A DNA stretch of 44,007 nucleotides from a virus (taxonomy: Duplodnaviria > Caudoviricetes): positions 1-44,007 of the IMG/VR virus record IMGVR_UViG_3300014885_000001; one strand, 5' to 3'. The translations under genes and the position numbers were made by a program. Shown here in pieces: positions 15,960 through 25,569 of this stretch (the stretch's first letter is position 1; each line of letters opens with the position of its first letter). The notes beneath the pieces were generated by a model. That model saw nothing but the letters and a program-made list of their open reading frames with translations, ran no database searches and had not been told where the DNA came from.

Positions 15960-17821
15960 GGCGAGCGCTTCGGCTTCCCGACGCGACCCGGCGATTTCAC
16001 CATGAAGTTAGGCTCGCCCAAGCCGAGCAAATCCTGCAAGCTGATTTGAGCGTCCGGCGGAACGCCTACTTCGCCCGGAGGCTGGTTGAACTCGAACGCT
16101 TCGCCAAGCGCGTCGGTCTGCGGGCCTAGATCGCGCGGCGCGCGCTGCGGCATGCCGACTTCGCCCGGCGGCGCGTCAAGCTCCAGCACCTCGCGCAAGT
16201 CGAGATCGTGCTGTTCGGGACCGCGGGGCGGCGCGACGCTGTTGTCGCGGCCGTAGTACGACGTGCGCGCAGGGTCCACCTTGCCGAACTTTTTCTGAAA
16301 GCCCGGAGCGCCGACATCCATGCCTGGAATCAGGCGTACGCCTTTTTTCACCGTCTCGGTCACGCCGCCCGCGAAAGTCGTCGGAATCTCGTTGCCCGCA
16401 CGCGCTGCGGTCTTGAGCGAGTGGCCGGTGACGTTCTCCAGCCTCTCCGCGGCATCGGCAATCAGCTTCAGGCCGCCGGACAGCGGCGCTCCGCGCTTGC
16501 CGAGCTTGTACACCACGTGGGCGTCGATCTGCCCGGCGCGCGTCGCGGTCTCGATGTCGTGAATCTTGGCGAACTGCTGGCGTGCGGCCTGGTACTCCCC
16601 GAGCAGCTGGCCTTCGCCAGCCGCTTCGAGCTCCTTGCCGAACTGCTCCTCGAGCCGGTCGGCGAGTTCGCGATCGGCAAAGCCCGCCTCTTCGGTAGCC
16701 ACCTGGTCGTTCTGCATGCGCTTCGCGGCGCGACGGCGCAGGGCGCCAATGACGCGCGTCACGCTCGAGCCTTCACCCTTCGGCAGCTTGGCGCTGCCCG
16801 CGGCTTCGCGAAATACGTCTTGAAACTCCTTCGACATCGGCCGGTCCATGAGAACCTGTTCCGCCATATCGTAGGTAGCTGCCGGGACTTCTTTCGCTTT
16901 CGCGAGCGCCGGTTCGTCCAGCGCTTTCACGCCGATATCTTCGGCGGCGATGTCAGTGAACCGCGCCTGGTTGTGCAGCGTCGTGTCGTTTTTCAGTTCC
17001 GGCGCATCGGCGAAGCGCTCACGGAATTCCCCGGGAACTTTTACGCGCTTGTTCGGGTTCATGGCGCGCACGTCGGAAGGGCGCATGCGGATGTCCGCCG
17101 CGCGTAGGTTCTCTACGGCTGGGCTGATCGGCGCGCTGGGCGGCCGAACCTTCTGCGGCAGCTCTGCGGCACCCTTTACGGCCTTCGGGCCGCCGAGCAG
17201 CGCCATCCCTAGATCGGGCAGCATGTCGGCCCCGGTGGCCGCCAGCGGGCTCCCGGTGGCTTCCAGCGTCGTGTCGCCGAGCTTCTGTTTGATGTTGCCG
17301 AGCGGCGCGAAGGCGTCGCCCAGCGCGTCCGTCAGTTCGCGAGCGCTGTCGCCCTGCGGGTACATGGAATTCTCAGCCGTGAAGTCGCGCACGAAGTTGG
17401 CAGAATCGTCGTCGTCTTCGCCGACGAGCGGCGCGGTGAGCCCCGCGACAGCCTGCACGCCGGTGTTGCCCACCGCATTCATGGCAACTTCCGGTGCGCC
17501 CTTGGCGATGCGCGAAAGGCCGTGGCCCCACATCTGCATGACTGGGTCGTCCGCAACGCCCTGTGCGAACTCGCGGATCGGCTTTCCGGTGAACACGTCG
17601 CTAGACATGCTCTTGAAGCGCTCCCAGATGCTCTGCTCCGGCGCGACGGGTGCAGACGACGGAGCGCCCACAGGGTTCGCTACGGGCACCTGATCTTCCA
17701 TCGGCACTTCTGCGGGCGCGGCCTGCGCTTGCTGCATCGCGCGCAGCCGCGCGCCGAGCGCCGGGTCAATCTGATCCGGCATCTCCACTACAACGCCATC
17801 GGGCATCGTTACCTGCGGCAT
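15956..17821 (-). CDS. putative internal virion / DNA ejection protein
   Basis: N-terminal VTMPDG..VEMPD motif; Ala-rich helical; position typical of podovirus ejectosome genes; three C-terminal PG(E/R)VG repeats. Confidence 0.6.
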   Translation of the reverse strand: MPQVTMPDGVVVEMPDQIDPALGARLRAMQQAQAAPAEVPMEDQVPVANPVGAPSSAPVAPEQSIWERFKSMSSDVFTGKPIREFAQGVADDPVMQMWGHGLSRIAKGAPEVAMNAVGNTGVQAVAGLTAPLVGEDDDDSANFVRDFTAENSMYPQGDSARELTDALGDAFAPLGNIKQKLGDTTLEATGSPLAATGADMLPDLGMALLGGPKAVKGAAELPQKVRPPSAPISPAVENLRAADIRMRPSDVRAMNPNKRVKVPGEFRERFADAPELKNDTTLHNQARFTDIAAEDIGVKALDEPALAKAKEVPAATYDMAEQVLMDRPMSKEFQDVFREAAGSAKLPKGEGSSVTRVIGALRRRAAKRMQNDQVATEEAGFADRELADRLEEQFGKELEAAGEGQLLGEYQAARQQFAKIHDIETATRAGQIDAHVVYKLGKRGAPLSGGLKLIADAAERLENVTGHSLKTAARAGNEIPTTFAGGVTETVKKGVRLIPGMDVGAPGFQKKFGKVDPARTSYYGRDNSVAPPRGPEQHDLDLREVLELDAPPGEVGMPQRAPRDLGPQTDALGEAFEFNQPPGEVGVPPDAQISLQDLLGLGEPNFMVKSPGRVGKPKRSP

Positions 17822-19005
17822 CAGAACCCCTTGCTCTTTAGGTAGTCGTCGAGCGACATGGCGCCGCCAGCGGCTGGAGCTGCGGGCGCCGCGCCCGGTT
17901 GGCCGCCACCTTGCCCCGCCTCAATCGCCGCGACGCGCTTGAGATCCGCCATGTGCTTCTTGACTTCGGCCCACGCGGCGCGCGCCTCCGGGCTACCGAT
18001 GCGTGTGTCGAGCGCGCGCGTGAGTGCCGTCTGCACTTTCAACCCTTCCTGGTTAGACAGCTGGCCGAAACCGCGCATCTTCTGGATGGACGCAAGGAAA
18101 GCCTCGCCGCCCAACGTCTCGAGCGCGCCGCGCGCGTTCGCCACGTCTTGATCCAGAATTCCGGTGACGGCCTTGCCGACTTCGGTGCCCTGAATGTTGC
18201 CGTACAGCGTGTCGAAGCCCGGCTTCTTCAGAAACTGGTCTATATCGTTGGTGAACTTGTCGATCGTCGCGTTCGTGCTTTCGAGGCCGGCGGCGTTGCG
18301 GCCGATGGCGGCGCCCTGCTCCTGCGCAGATTTGATTACGCCGGTGTTCGCCGCGACCCGTTCAACCGGCGCTATCACTTGCGGTCCACGGGTGCTGAAG
18401 GGGTTGTTCTGCGTCTGCAACGGCACGCCTCCGGCGTCCACGTTGCGCGTGGTATCGCGATATAGGTTGAACGCCTGCTCCTCCTTGCCGGGCACCACGC
18501 GGCCGTCTTGGCCGATGAAGCCGAACGCCTTAAGCGCTTGAATGCCCGCCGAAGTGCCGCCGCCCACGTCGCCAACCATGTCGCCGAGCGGCTGGATGCC
18601 GGCATCGTCGAACCGGTCGTCAGCGCCGCCGCCGACTTTCTGGAAGCGATCAACAGGACCGCTCGCGACGCCGCGCAGAGCCGCGTTCGCGTTCGTGATA
18701 CTTGTCATCGGGTCGCCCGCGGTGGCGCGGAAGCCGCGCTCCTGGTCCCGCAGCATAACTTCGATGGGGTCCGTCATTTTGCCGCCGGCCTGCAATGCCG
18801 TGTACGTGGAGTCAGCCAGCTCCGGCGATGCACCCTGCGCGATCATCGTTTGTCGACCGCGTGCGAGCGCCTCATTCTCCATGACGCGCCGACGCGCCGA
18901 CGCCAGTGCGTCTTCGGTCTTCGCGCCCATCGCGCGACCTTCCTGATACGCCTCTTCGGAGTTGCCGCCGAGGGCGGTGCCCAAACGTGCTGCCCAGTCA
19001 GCCAT
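17821..19005 (-). CDS. putative DNA ejection protein
   Basis: Ala/Gly/Gln-rich; AFLASIQKMRGFGQLSNQEG resembles the P22 gp20-like G.LS..EG motif. Confidence 0.6.
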   Translation of the reverse strand: MADWAARLGTALGGNSEEAYQEGRAMGAKTEDALASARRRVMENEALARGRQTMIAQGASPELADSTYTALQAGGKMTDPIEVMLRDQERGFRATAGDPMTSITNANAALRGVASGPVDRFQKVGGGADDRFDDAGIQPLGDMVGDVGGGTSAGIQALKAFGFIGQDGRVVPGKEEQAFNLYRDTTRNVDAGGVPLQTQNNPFSTRGPQVIAPVERVAANTGVIKSAQEQGAAIGRNAAGLESTNATIDKFTNDIDQFLKKPGFDTLYGNIQGTEVGKAVTGILDQDVANARGALETLGGEAFLASIQKMRGFGQLSNQEGLKVQTALTRALDTRIGSPEARAAWAEVKKHMADLKRVAAIEAGQGGGQPGAAPAAPAAGGAMSLDDYLKSKGF

Positions 19006-19649
19006 TACGCCGGACTCCCGTTGTAGCCGCTCTGGTTAGGGAGCGAACTGAAAATGCTGCCCTTCTTGACCTTCGGCGTGCCGTTCGCCATTGCACCGCC
19101 GAATGCGTTGAGACCGCTGCCGAGCGTCTGCAATCCCTGGCCCGATTGCGCGGCGCGCGCCATGCGCAACTGCGACAGGAAGTCCTGTCCGCTCGACTCG
19201 CCGCCGAGCAGCGACAGATCCACCGCCGTGTCATTGAGCCCGCGCGCTTCGTTCACGCGCGCATACTGCGGCGCGTCGATCGCAGCGAGATTGCCGGATA
19301 GCCGGCGCCCTTCTACATCAGACGCCGTGCGCGCAGCGCCCACGTCAGCCGCAAAGCGGTCGCTGCCACCCATCGGATCGCCAAAGGTATCGCCGCCGTC
19401 AGCCGTCTTGGCCTGACGCAGCGCCGCCATGAAATCATTGTTAGCGGCCATGCGCTCCTCGTCGGGGTTCGCCTCCGCCACGGTCTGAATCTCTTGGGAC
19501 ACGCGATCCCCGGCGCGTCGGTTGATGGCGTCCTGCGCGCGCTGGGCTGCATCCGCTGCGCGCAGCTGATCGCTGTGTGCCCGGTTGGCGCCCGCCTGCT
19601 GCATGGCAGTGCCGCCGGCAGCGAGAAGTAAGGGGAGTAGCTGGAACAT
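19005..19649 (-). CDS. putative internal virion protein
   Basis: Hydrophobic N-terminus, Ala/Gln-rich helix, Gly-rich C-terminus; synteny. Confidence 0.55.
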   Translation of the reverse strand: MFQLLPLLLAAGGTAMQQAGANRAHSDQLRAADAAQRAQDAINRRAGDRVSQEIQTVAEANPDEERMAANNDFMAALRQAKTADGGDTFGDPMGGSDRFAADVGAARTASDVEGRRLSGNLAAIDAPQYARVNEARGLNDTAVDLSLLGGESSGQDFLSQLRMARAAQSGQGLQTLGSGLNAFGGAMANGTPKVKKGSIFSSLPNQSGYNGSPA

Positions 19650-19652
19650 GGT

Positions 19653-20297
19653 CTATCCTCGCGAAAATGCTTTGGCGTACGTGCTGGCTTCGCTCAAGCC
19701 GCGACGGCGCGCGGCAGCGTCTTGCTGCGCGCGATAATTCTGCGTGGCGCTGCTGAACACTTCACCAAGGTTGTTGGTGAGGTTGTCCGCGCCGCCGAGA
19801 TTCGCTTTCAGCATCTGCGCCGTCTGCGAGCCGGCGTTGCCGATGTCGTTGCCCGACTGCGCGAGCGATATGAGCTGCGTACGCGCCTGCTCGTCCTTCG
19901 CCTGAAGATCCGCGACTCCGGCGCGCGCCTGGCGCTCGGCCTGCAGGACGCCTTCCTGCCCTTCGCGGGCGAGCGTCTTGCCGGCGTCGACCGCGGCGCT
20001 GCCGCCCGTCAGGCCGCCGCGGGCCAGTGAGAATTTCGTCTGCCGGTTCGCCGTAGCGCGCTGCCGGCCAAGATCGGTGTTGAGGCGCTCGCGCAATGCC
20101 GCGCCGAGCTGATCGTACTGCGGCTGGCGGCCGGAGAAAGCGGAGTTGATGTCCTTGACGTTGCCGGAAATGCGACCTTGGCGCGCGGTTTCTGCGGCAG
20201 CAGCACGCGCTTCGGCGGCCTTCGCCTCCTTGCCTTTCTTGACGCCGCTGAAGTCCAGCGGGTCTGCAACGTTGATTCCGCCTACGCTACCGCACAT
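19653..20297 (-). CDS. putative internal virion (pilot) protein
   Basis: MCG start, LARGGLTGGS motif; follows the GNAT gene as in many podoviruses. Confidence 0.55.
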   Translation of the reverse strand: MCGSVGGINVADPLDFSGVKKGKEAKAAEARAAAAETARQGRISGNVKDINSAFSGRQPQYDQLGAALRERLNTDLGRQRATANRQTKFSLARGGLTGGSAAVDAGKTLAREGQEGVLQAERQARAGVADLQAKDEQARTQLISLAQSGNDIGNAGSQTAQMLKANLGGADNLTNNLGEVFSSATQNYRAQQDAAARRRGLSEASTYAKAFSRG

Positions 20298-20782
20298 TCA
20301 CCAGTCTCCGCGCCGCGCACTGCGACGTACATGACGGCATCTTCGCCGCCTGAACCGTATCCGCGCTGGGTGGATTCGAATGTGAGCCCGATGCGCTCGT
20401 ACCACGCTCGGGCTTCTGCTCTGTCGGCCAGTGTAACCGTTTCGATGCGGTGCGCCAACCCGTCATCGAGCATGCCCTGCACGAGTGCGCGGCAAGCCTC
20501 CGTCACCTCGCTTCCGTGGTCTTTCCACGTCGCGTCCGGCGCAATGAACCATGTACGGAACACGCCATTGCGCTGCGGGATGAAGCCGCCGACCGCAACG
20601 GGCTTCTCGCCGGCCCAGAAAATGTGATGCGCGCCCGGCAAATCGGCGAGCGCGACCAGCATGTTCGATGCGTCGAAGTCGTCGCCTGTCATGGCTTTGA
20701 ACAGCACTTTCTCGTTTTCCGGCATCTCTTTGATGACGGCCAAGACGTGCTCGAATTCGTTGATGTCTGTCAGGTGGATCAT
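20282..20782 (-). CDS. GNAT-fold acetyltransferase-like virion assembly protein (T7 gp13-like position)
   Basis: PVAVGG, HRIE, ARAWYERIGLTFES..RGYG..GED motifs; ATG 20782. Confidence 0.8.
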   Translation of the reverse strand: MIHLTDINEFEHVLAVIKEMPENEKVLFKAMTGDDFDASNMLVALADLPGAHHIFWAGEKPVAVGGFIPQRNGVFRTWFIAPDATWKDHGSEVTEACRALVQGMLDDGLAHRIETVTLADRAEARAWYERIGLTFESTQRGYGSGGEDAVMYVAVRGAETGECAVA

Positions 20783-21087
20783 CCGGTACTCGTGTCGTTG
20801 ACGTAGAGGTTGGAGGCGAACCACTCCCACGACTGACTGCCGTCGAAAGTGATTCGGAGTTGAAAGCTGGGCGCAGTGAGCGGCATCGGCACCATGCCGC
20901 CGGTGAGCGTGTCATCATCTAACGCATATTCTGTCGTAGCAAACGACGTGTCACGCTGCGAATAGCCGAACGAGACGCGGTAAGTTCCATCGGCCACGAT
21001 ATCGAAGCCTTCGAGCATCTTGTCGATGCCGAGGAGGCCGAAGTCCAAGTACGGCCATGCGATGTAACCTTCAAAGGGGACTGACAT
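20779..21087 (-). CDS. probable C-terminal segment of tail nozzle/stabilisation protein, encoded separately
   Basis: WPYLDFG..GIDKML.GFD...FQLRITF resembles the C-terminal beta-sandwich of tubular-B/gp10-like proteins. Confidence 0.5.
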   Translation of the reverse strand: MSVPFEGYIAWPYLDFGLLGIDKMLEGFDIVADGTYRVSFGYSQRDTSFATTEYALDDDTLTGGMVPMPLTAPSFQLRITFDGSQSWEWFASNLYVNDTSTG

Positions 21088-21088
21088 A

Positions 21089-23542
21089 TCAGGAGTCCGG
21101 GAATTGAGCGGTTGGGGGCGTGTAGTTAGCTGCGGTGTACCGCGCTGCTGCGGTAAAGCGCACGTCGTCTATACGGCCCGGGAACTGCGCCCCGCCGTTC
21201 TGTTGTGCGCCCACGCACAAGACGCCGTTGTTACCGCCGAGCGCGACGGCCGAGGTGTCGGTAGCACCCAGAACGCCGTCGCGGTGCAGAAAGTAATCAT
21301 CGCCGGACTTGCACAGCGAGACAAATACCCAGGTGTTAAGCGACATCGGGCCGAGAGCAGAATCGTCCATAGAGTATACGCCGGTCCCAGCAATGTCATT
21401 GCCCTCGGCGGTAAACCCGCCTGCGGCGCTCCCAGACAGGCTGTAGGCGTAAACCGTGGTGAATGGCGTTTTTCGGATAGCGTAGCCACTGTCGCTGCCT
21501 GTGAAATAAACCCACAACTCGATCGTCCAATCGCCAGTAGTAAAGTCCAGTTCCGGCGCATCCGCCGTTTCGACGCGGCTACTGCTGGAAGCCGGCAGAT
21601 CGATAGAGCCTGTGCCGAACTTCGGATCGGTCGTACTGATGGTGGCCGAGCCCTGCGCTACCATCGTGCGCGCATAGTTGGAATTGTCTATGAAAGTCGT
21701 AGAGCCGTTCGTGCCGTTGGCGTGCAGCAGCATCACCACATCGGTCCAGAAGGGGTCGACGATACCCGCGGTCACGATCACGACGTTGGATGGATACTCC
21801 GTACCGGCAACCAAGCCCGACACGTAGTAGGCGTATTCGAGCCCTAGGGTAGTCGTATCGTCCGTGAACGTGGTCTCATCGCCGTCGACGGTGTCGAGCA
21901 GCGCGTACGTACCAGGCACACCGCTTGGTGCGAGCGCGCGATAGATGCGGAACTCCTCGAACTCGCCGACATCGATAGACGGCACCCACGTCAGGTCCAC
22001 GCTGCCATCGAGCGGGTTAACGTCCGCCGACAGCGTTACGGTCGGCGCAATCAAGTCGTCCACGCCCAGCACCGCCGGGTCGACGCGCCACACCAAATCT
22101 GCTGTGCGCAGGTACAAATCGCCGCCGAGAATCGCCCAGTAGGTGAGCGTCTCGGGGAATAGGTAGCGTGACCAGCTCTGGTCCTTCACGCCGCCGTTCA
22201 TGGTCAGCACGAATGCTTCGGAGCCTGTCTCGGTCTCGAAAATCAGCCAGTACTGGCCCATCGACGGCCAGAACAGCGCGAACGGGATCAGCCCGAGGCG
22301 GATCTTCGCGAGCACCAGCGGGTCGACCTGCAAGCCGAAGTACCCGGCCTGCAGATTCGTGCTGGCGCCGGCGATGCCGATATTGCGCACGCCCTCCGGC
22401 GTACACATAACAAGATCGTTGCTGACCGGCTGCACGGACTTCGGAAAGAGGCACGCGACCGGCGATGCGTCGAGGATCGCCATGTTGGTGGGGTCCTCGT
22501 CGATCTGCCACATCTGGTACGCCTCGGAGTTGAACGCCACGAGGTTGCTGCGGTACAGGCCCATCGCCGTGACCGGCGTCGCGCCGAAAGTGTTCAGGCC
22601 GAACGGGATGTAGCCCGCGTCCTCGGGCGTCGTCCAATCGAGCGGATTCACTGTCGCGGAGAACGCGATGATGTCCTCGTCCGCCGCGAAAATCTTGCTT
22701 GCGCCAATCGCGACAACTTTTGAGTTCGGCGCCTGCGTGACGCGCCAGTCCATCGCAGTCCACAGAATCGTGCCGTCGGCCACCGTGGCGTTGGGCGCTT
22801 CCGGGAAATCGGGCTCGTACTCGCCAGACACCAGAATAGGGGACGCCTCCCAAACTACTCGCGATGCGAATACCGCCTCCCACGTAACCTCGTTGTCTAC
22901 TACCTGCAATCCGACAGACAGCGGCCACACGGGCTCGCTCGATCCAGAGAAGCCAGCTATGGCTTGCACGGCCCGGAAAATCAAGCCATCCGGCAGGCCG
23001 TTTACGATGGCGTCCCAGGTGCAGTTGTCAATCCAGAGTTCATCCCCGCCGCTCGTGCGGAAAGCAGAGACAGAGAAGCGCGCAAACGCCGCGCCGGCGG
23101 GTGCCGTTGCGCTGACGAGAGACTGCTTCCACGTCTGGTTCGAGCCGCTGTCAATAAGATTGCCGGGGGACGAGGAGATAAACTCGTCCGAAGAGTCATA
23201 CCAGAGAACCTCGACGCGCGCGCCGGCATCTCCAGCGTCCGACTGGCCCTGCTGAACTTGGCAGTTCGCATTTATGACCTGGCCGGCCACCACTGCCGTC
23301 GCGTTGTTGTTGATCGCCCTCGCCTCGCCCGTCAGGTCCCACTGCAATGACCAGGTGCCCTGAAAGTGCGTGCCATTGCCGAACTCCCCGATGCTGAAGC
23401 CGGTCGCGAGCGTCCAGCCGGTGTTGCCGTCCTCGAAACCGCCGTTTGTAACTTGGTCAGGCTGCGACGGCGGCGTAGATGCGGGCTGCACCAACGCGCC
23501 GGGCGAGTAGATAGTACCGGGTTGCCAGATAGGAGTAGCCAT
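21089..23542 (-). CDS. tail nozzle/stabilisation-like protein with carbohydrate-binding, Fn3-like and LamG domains
   Basis: NGGFE..W CBM-like N-domain; propeller-like core (FSATVNPLDW, NDLV..TPEGVR, WSRY); LTW...YRA...FTD...Y.Y.V Fn3; LLHANG...KFG...DWTIELW...GRIDDVRFT LamG. Confidence 0.7.
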   Translation of the reverse strand: MATPIWQPGTIYSPGALVQPASTPPSQPDQVTNGGFEDGNTGWTLATGFSIGEFGNGTHFQGTWSLQWDLTGEARAINNNATAVVAGQVINANCQVQQGQSDAGDAGARVEVLWYDSSDEFISSSPGNLIDSGSNQTWKQSLVSATAPAGAAFARFSVSAFRTSGGDELWIDNCTWDAIVNGLPDGLIFRAVQAIAGFSGSSEPVWPLSVGLQVVDNEVTWEAVFASRVVWEASPILVSGEYEPDFPEAPNATVADGTILWTAMDWRVTQAPNSKVVAIGASKIFAADEDIIAFSATVNPLDWTTPEDAGYIPFGLNTFGATPVTAMGLYRSNLVAFNSEAYQMWQIDEDPTNMAILDASPVACLFPKSVQPVSNDLVMCTPEGVRNIGIAGASTNLQAGYFGLQVDPLVLAKIRLGLIPFALFWPSMGQYWLIFETETGSEAFVLTMNGGVKDQSWSRYLFPETLTYWAILGGDLYLRTADLVWRVDPAVLGVDDLIAPTVTLSADVNPLDGSVDLTWVPSIDVGEFEEFRIYRALAPSGVPGTYALLDTVDGDETTFTDDTTTLGLEYAYYVSGLVAGTEYPSNVVIVTAGIVDPFWTDVVMLLHANGTNGSTTFIDNSNYARTMVAQGSATISTTDPKFGTGSIDLPASSSSRVETADAPELDFTTGDWTIELWVYFTGSDSGYAIRKTPFTTVYAYSLSGSAAGGFTAEGNDIAGTGVYSMDDSALGPMSLNTWVFVSLCKSGDDYFLHRDGVLGATDTSAVALGGNNGVLCVGAQQNGGAQFPGRIDDVRFTAAARYTAANYTPPTAQFPDS

Positions 23543-24324
23543 TAGCGCCTCGGCCCGTTGCCGTAACGGTCGCGGATGCCGGGCGCGGGTAGTGCGGCCG
23601 GGTCAGGAGGCTCCGTGACGGACGGCGGATCGCTCGTGGACCCATCAGCGTCTTCGTTGATGCGCGCGCCGTCCTCTGTCGGCCATACCGGCTCCACCGT
23701 GCCGGAGCGCGGGTTGTCGCCCTGCGTATCGACGACGGTGTAGAAGAAGTCGTTGTAGACAGTCGGCTCGACGACATCGCCGACAGTGCGTAGCACGTTC
23801 GGCGCCCAGCTCTGGTTCGCGGGCAGCAATCGGCCTGCCTGATAGGCGAAGCCGTTCGCAACGCTCGGCACCACGATGTCGCCCAGCTTGTAGACATGCT
23901 CTGCCTGCCAAACGTCGCCGTCCTGCAGCCAGTAGTGAAACGTATCCCCGTTCTCGAAGGTCGCCACAACATACGGGAAGCCCATGAAAGGCGCCGCGAA
24001 ATTGATTTCGTCGATCGGGGAAGTCGGGTCGGTCGGATGCTGAATGACGTGAAGCACGATACCGTCCGGCACGTCGACCGCGTGGTGCGAGAATACATGA
24101 AGCTCGCCGCGGAACGCCATCAGGCCCTGCGTCTCCCCGTCGCCAGCCGTGTTAGTCGGCAGCTCGTGCGTGCGGAAAGTGCCGGGGCGAATGATGATCG
24201 TCTTCGATTTCGAGACGTACGCGTTCACCAGATCGAACAGAGAATCTTCGAGAGCGCCGCCCTTGGTGCGCTGCCGATTGATTCCACCTTTTATGGTAGT
24301 TAGCGCGATGCTGCGATCTGCCAC
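23542..24324 (-). CDS. tail protein (probable N-terminal segment of nozzle-like protein plus WQA/EPVWP repeats)
   Basis: GGINRQ...LFDLVNAYV...RPG N-terminal motif; W.AEHVYKLGD.V.P and SG..EP.WP repeats. Confidence 0.6.
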   Translation of the reverse strand: MADRSIALTTIKGGINRQRTKGGALEDSLFDLVNAYVSKSKTIIIRPGTFRTHELPTNTAGDGETQGLMAFRGELHVFSHHAVDVPDGIVLHVIQHPTDPTSPIDEINFAAPFMGFPYVVATFENGDTFHYWLQDGDVWQAEHVYKLGDIVVPSVANGFAYQAGRLLPANQSWAPNVLRTVGDVVEPTVYNDFFYTVVDTQGDNPRSGTVEPVWPTEDGARINEDADGSTSDPPSVTEPPDPAALPAPGIRDRYGNGPRR

Positions 24325-24325
24325 G

Positions 24326-25081
24326 CTACACCGGCGGGTTGAAGTCGACCATCACAGGTTCGACGGCCGGCGGGAGGCGATACGTGTTTGGAACGTACCG
24401 GCGAGTGAGGTGGTTGCCCGCGATCATGTCCCCGAGCATTTCGCGCGCGGACTGCTTCACGTCATTCGCATCGGGCTGACGGTAGTGCGCCTTCGCATCT
24501 CCCAGCGCCCAGCCGAACACCAGGTCCGAGTTGATAGTCGTCTTGTCCGTGTTTGCGACGAAGGGCTCGACGCCCATCTGGCCCTTGACCCACAGCTTGT
24601 ACGCCGCGTTCGGAACCGGGAACACTTCAATGCACGAGCGAATCTCGTACAGCGTCGGCAGCCCTTCCTGCGCAGCCGTCGTGTAGAACGAGGGGTTGAT
24701 GCCACAGCGCATCGGCATCCACATGCTGTTCAGGTCTTCCAACCACACGCCGGTGATGCGGTACGCGCGATCGTTCAGATGCTTGCCGCAATCGATGTCG
24801 CTGAATTCGGTGTCGCCGTCGTTGTCGAGAATGCCGTAATAGCTGATGCCGGGCACCATCGTCCAGCGGTACAACCGCTCGGTGCGCAGCACCGGATTCT
24901 TCATGTAGAGCTGGTCCTGCGCGTCGCGCAGGAAGTCATCGAGCAGTTCAGCCATGCCCGGCGGGGGGTTCGTAGCCTGAGCCGAGTAGCCGAGTCGGCG
25001 CATCAGGCGCGTGCGCAGCTGCAGCAGCGTCTCGTTAGAGTTGCTGTCAACGCAATCGCAGTTGAAATCGGCTTGGCTCAC
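24326..25081 (-). CDS. head-tail adaptor (tail tubular protein A-like)
   Basis: TLLQLRTRLMRRLG, AQ.QLY, G.PT.Y.I...IEVFPVP..AY pattern; synteny downstream of the capsid gene. Confidence 0.7.
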   Translation of the reverse strand: MSQADFNCDCVDSNSNETLLQLRTRLMRRLGYSAQATNPPPGMAELLDDFLRDAQDQLYMKNPVLRTERLYRWTMVPGISYYGILDNDGDTEFSDIDCGKHLNDRAYRITGVWLEDLNSMWMPMRCGINPSFYTTAAQEGLPTLYEIRSCIEVFPVPNAAYKLWVKGQMGVEPFVANTDKTTINSDLVFGWALGDAKAHYRQPDANDVKQSAREMLGDMIAGNHLTRRYVPNTYRLPPAVEPVMVDFNPPV

Positions 25082-25095
25082 GCGGGCTCCCGGTT

Positions 25096-25134
25096 AAAAG
25101 ACGCCCCTGCCAGCCCGAAAGCTGGACAGGGGCG
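25096..25134 (-). terminator. rho-independent terminator
   Basis: cgcccctg-ccagc/gctgg-a-caggggcg stem followed by TCTTTT on the minus strand. Confidence 0.65.
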
Positions 25135-25140
25135 AAGTGT

Positions 25141-25500
25141 TCACCCACCCACGGATGAAATCGGATCTCCGAGCCCGGTCAGGTCGCCCTCGGGCGCTGC
25201 CGTGACCGCGGCGTTGATGGCCTGCTCGAGCTTCGCAACGCCGAGCTCGCCATACACCATGTGGACGAAAGGCGTGCCCTGCGAGCCGTCCTCGTTGCGC
25301 CCGCGGCGATAGCGATTGTTCAGGCGCGTGAACTCATCGTGCGCCTCCGGCGGATCGCGGTTGACCAGCTTGTCGCCGATCTCCGTGACCGCGTCCTCGC
25401 CATGCACCACTTTCAGGATCGGGATTTCCCAGGCCGGAAAGCTGTTGCGGATGGTGGCGCCTTCATTGCGCCGAATATCGACAAAAACGTGACGAATCAT
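25141..25500 (-). CDS. hypothetical virion-associated protein
   Basis: GGAG RBS, ATG 25500; PAWEIPILKVVHG..EFTRL..RY..F..VYG. Confidence 0.7.
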   Translation of the reverse strand: MIRHVFVDIRRNEGATIRNSFPAWEIPILKVVHGEDAVTEIGDKLVNRDPPEAHDEFTRLNNRYRRGRNEDGSQGTPFVHMVYGELGVAKLEQAINAAVTAAPEGDLTGLGDPISSVGG

Positions 25501-25524
25501 ACTTGTACTCCGATGGGTGGGTAG

Positions 25525-25560
25525 AAACCTCACCACTTATCGCTAAGTGGTGAGGTTTTT
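25525..25560. terminator. 15-bp perfect inverted repeat, probably a bidirectional terminator
   Basis: aaacctcaccactta-tcgc-taagtggtgaggttt, with a T-run on the + side. Confidence 0.7.
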
Positions 25561-25569
25561 GCTTTGGGC

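Noticed and set aside
20779-24324. Stop-codon reassignment explaining split genes
   Set aside because: The fragments are in different frames with their own coupled starts; TAA, TAG and TGA all end genes normally; the tRNA-Trp anticodon is CCA, not a suppressor
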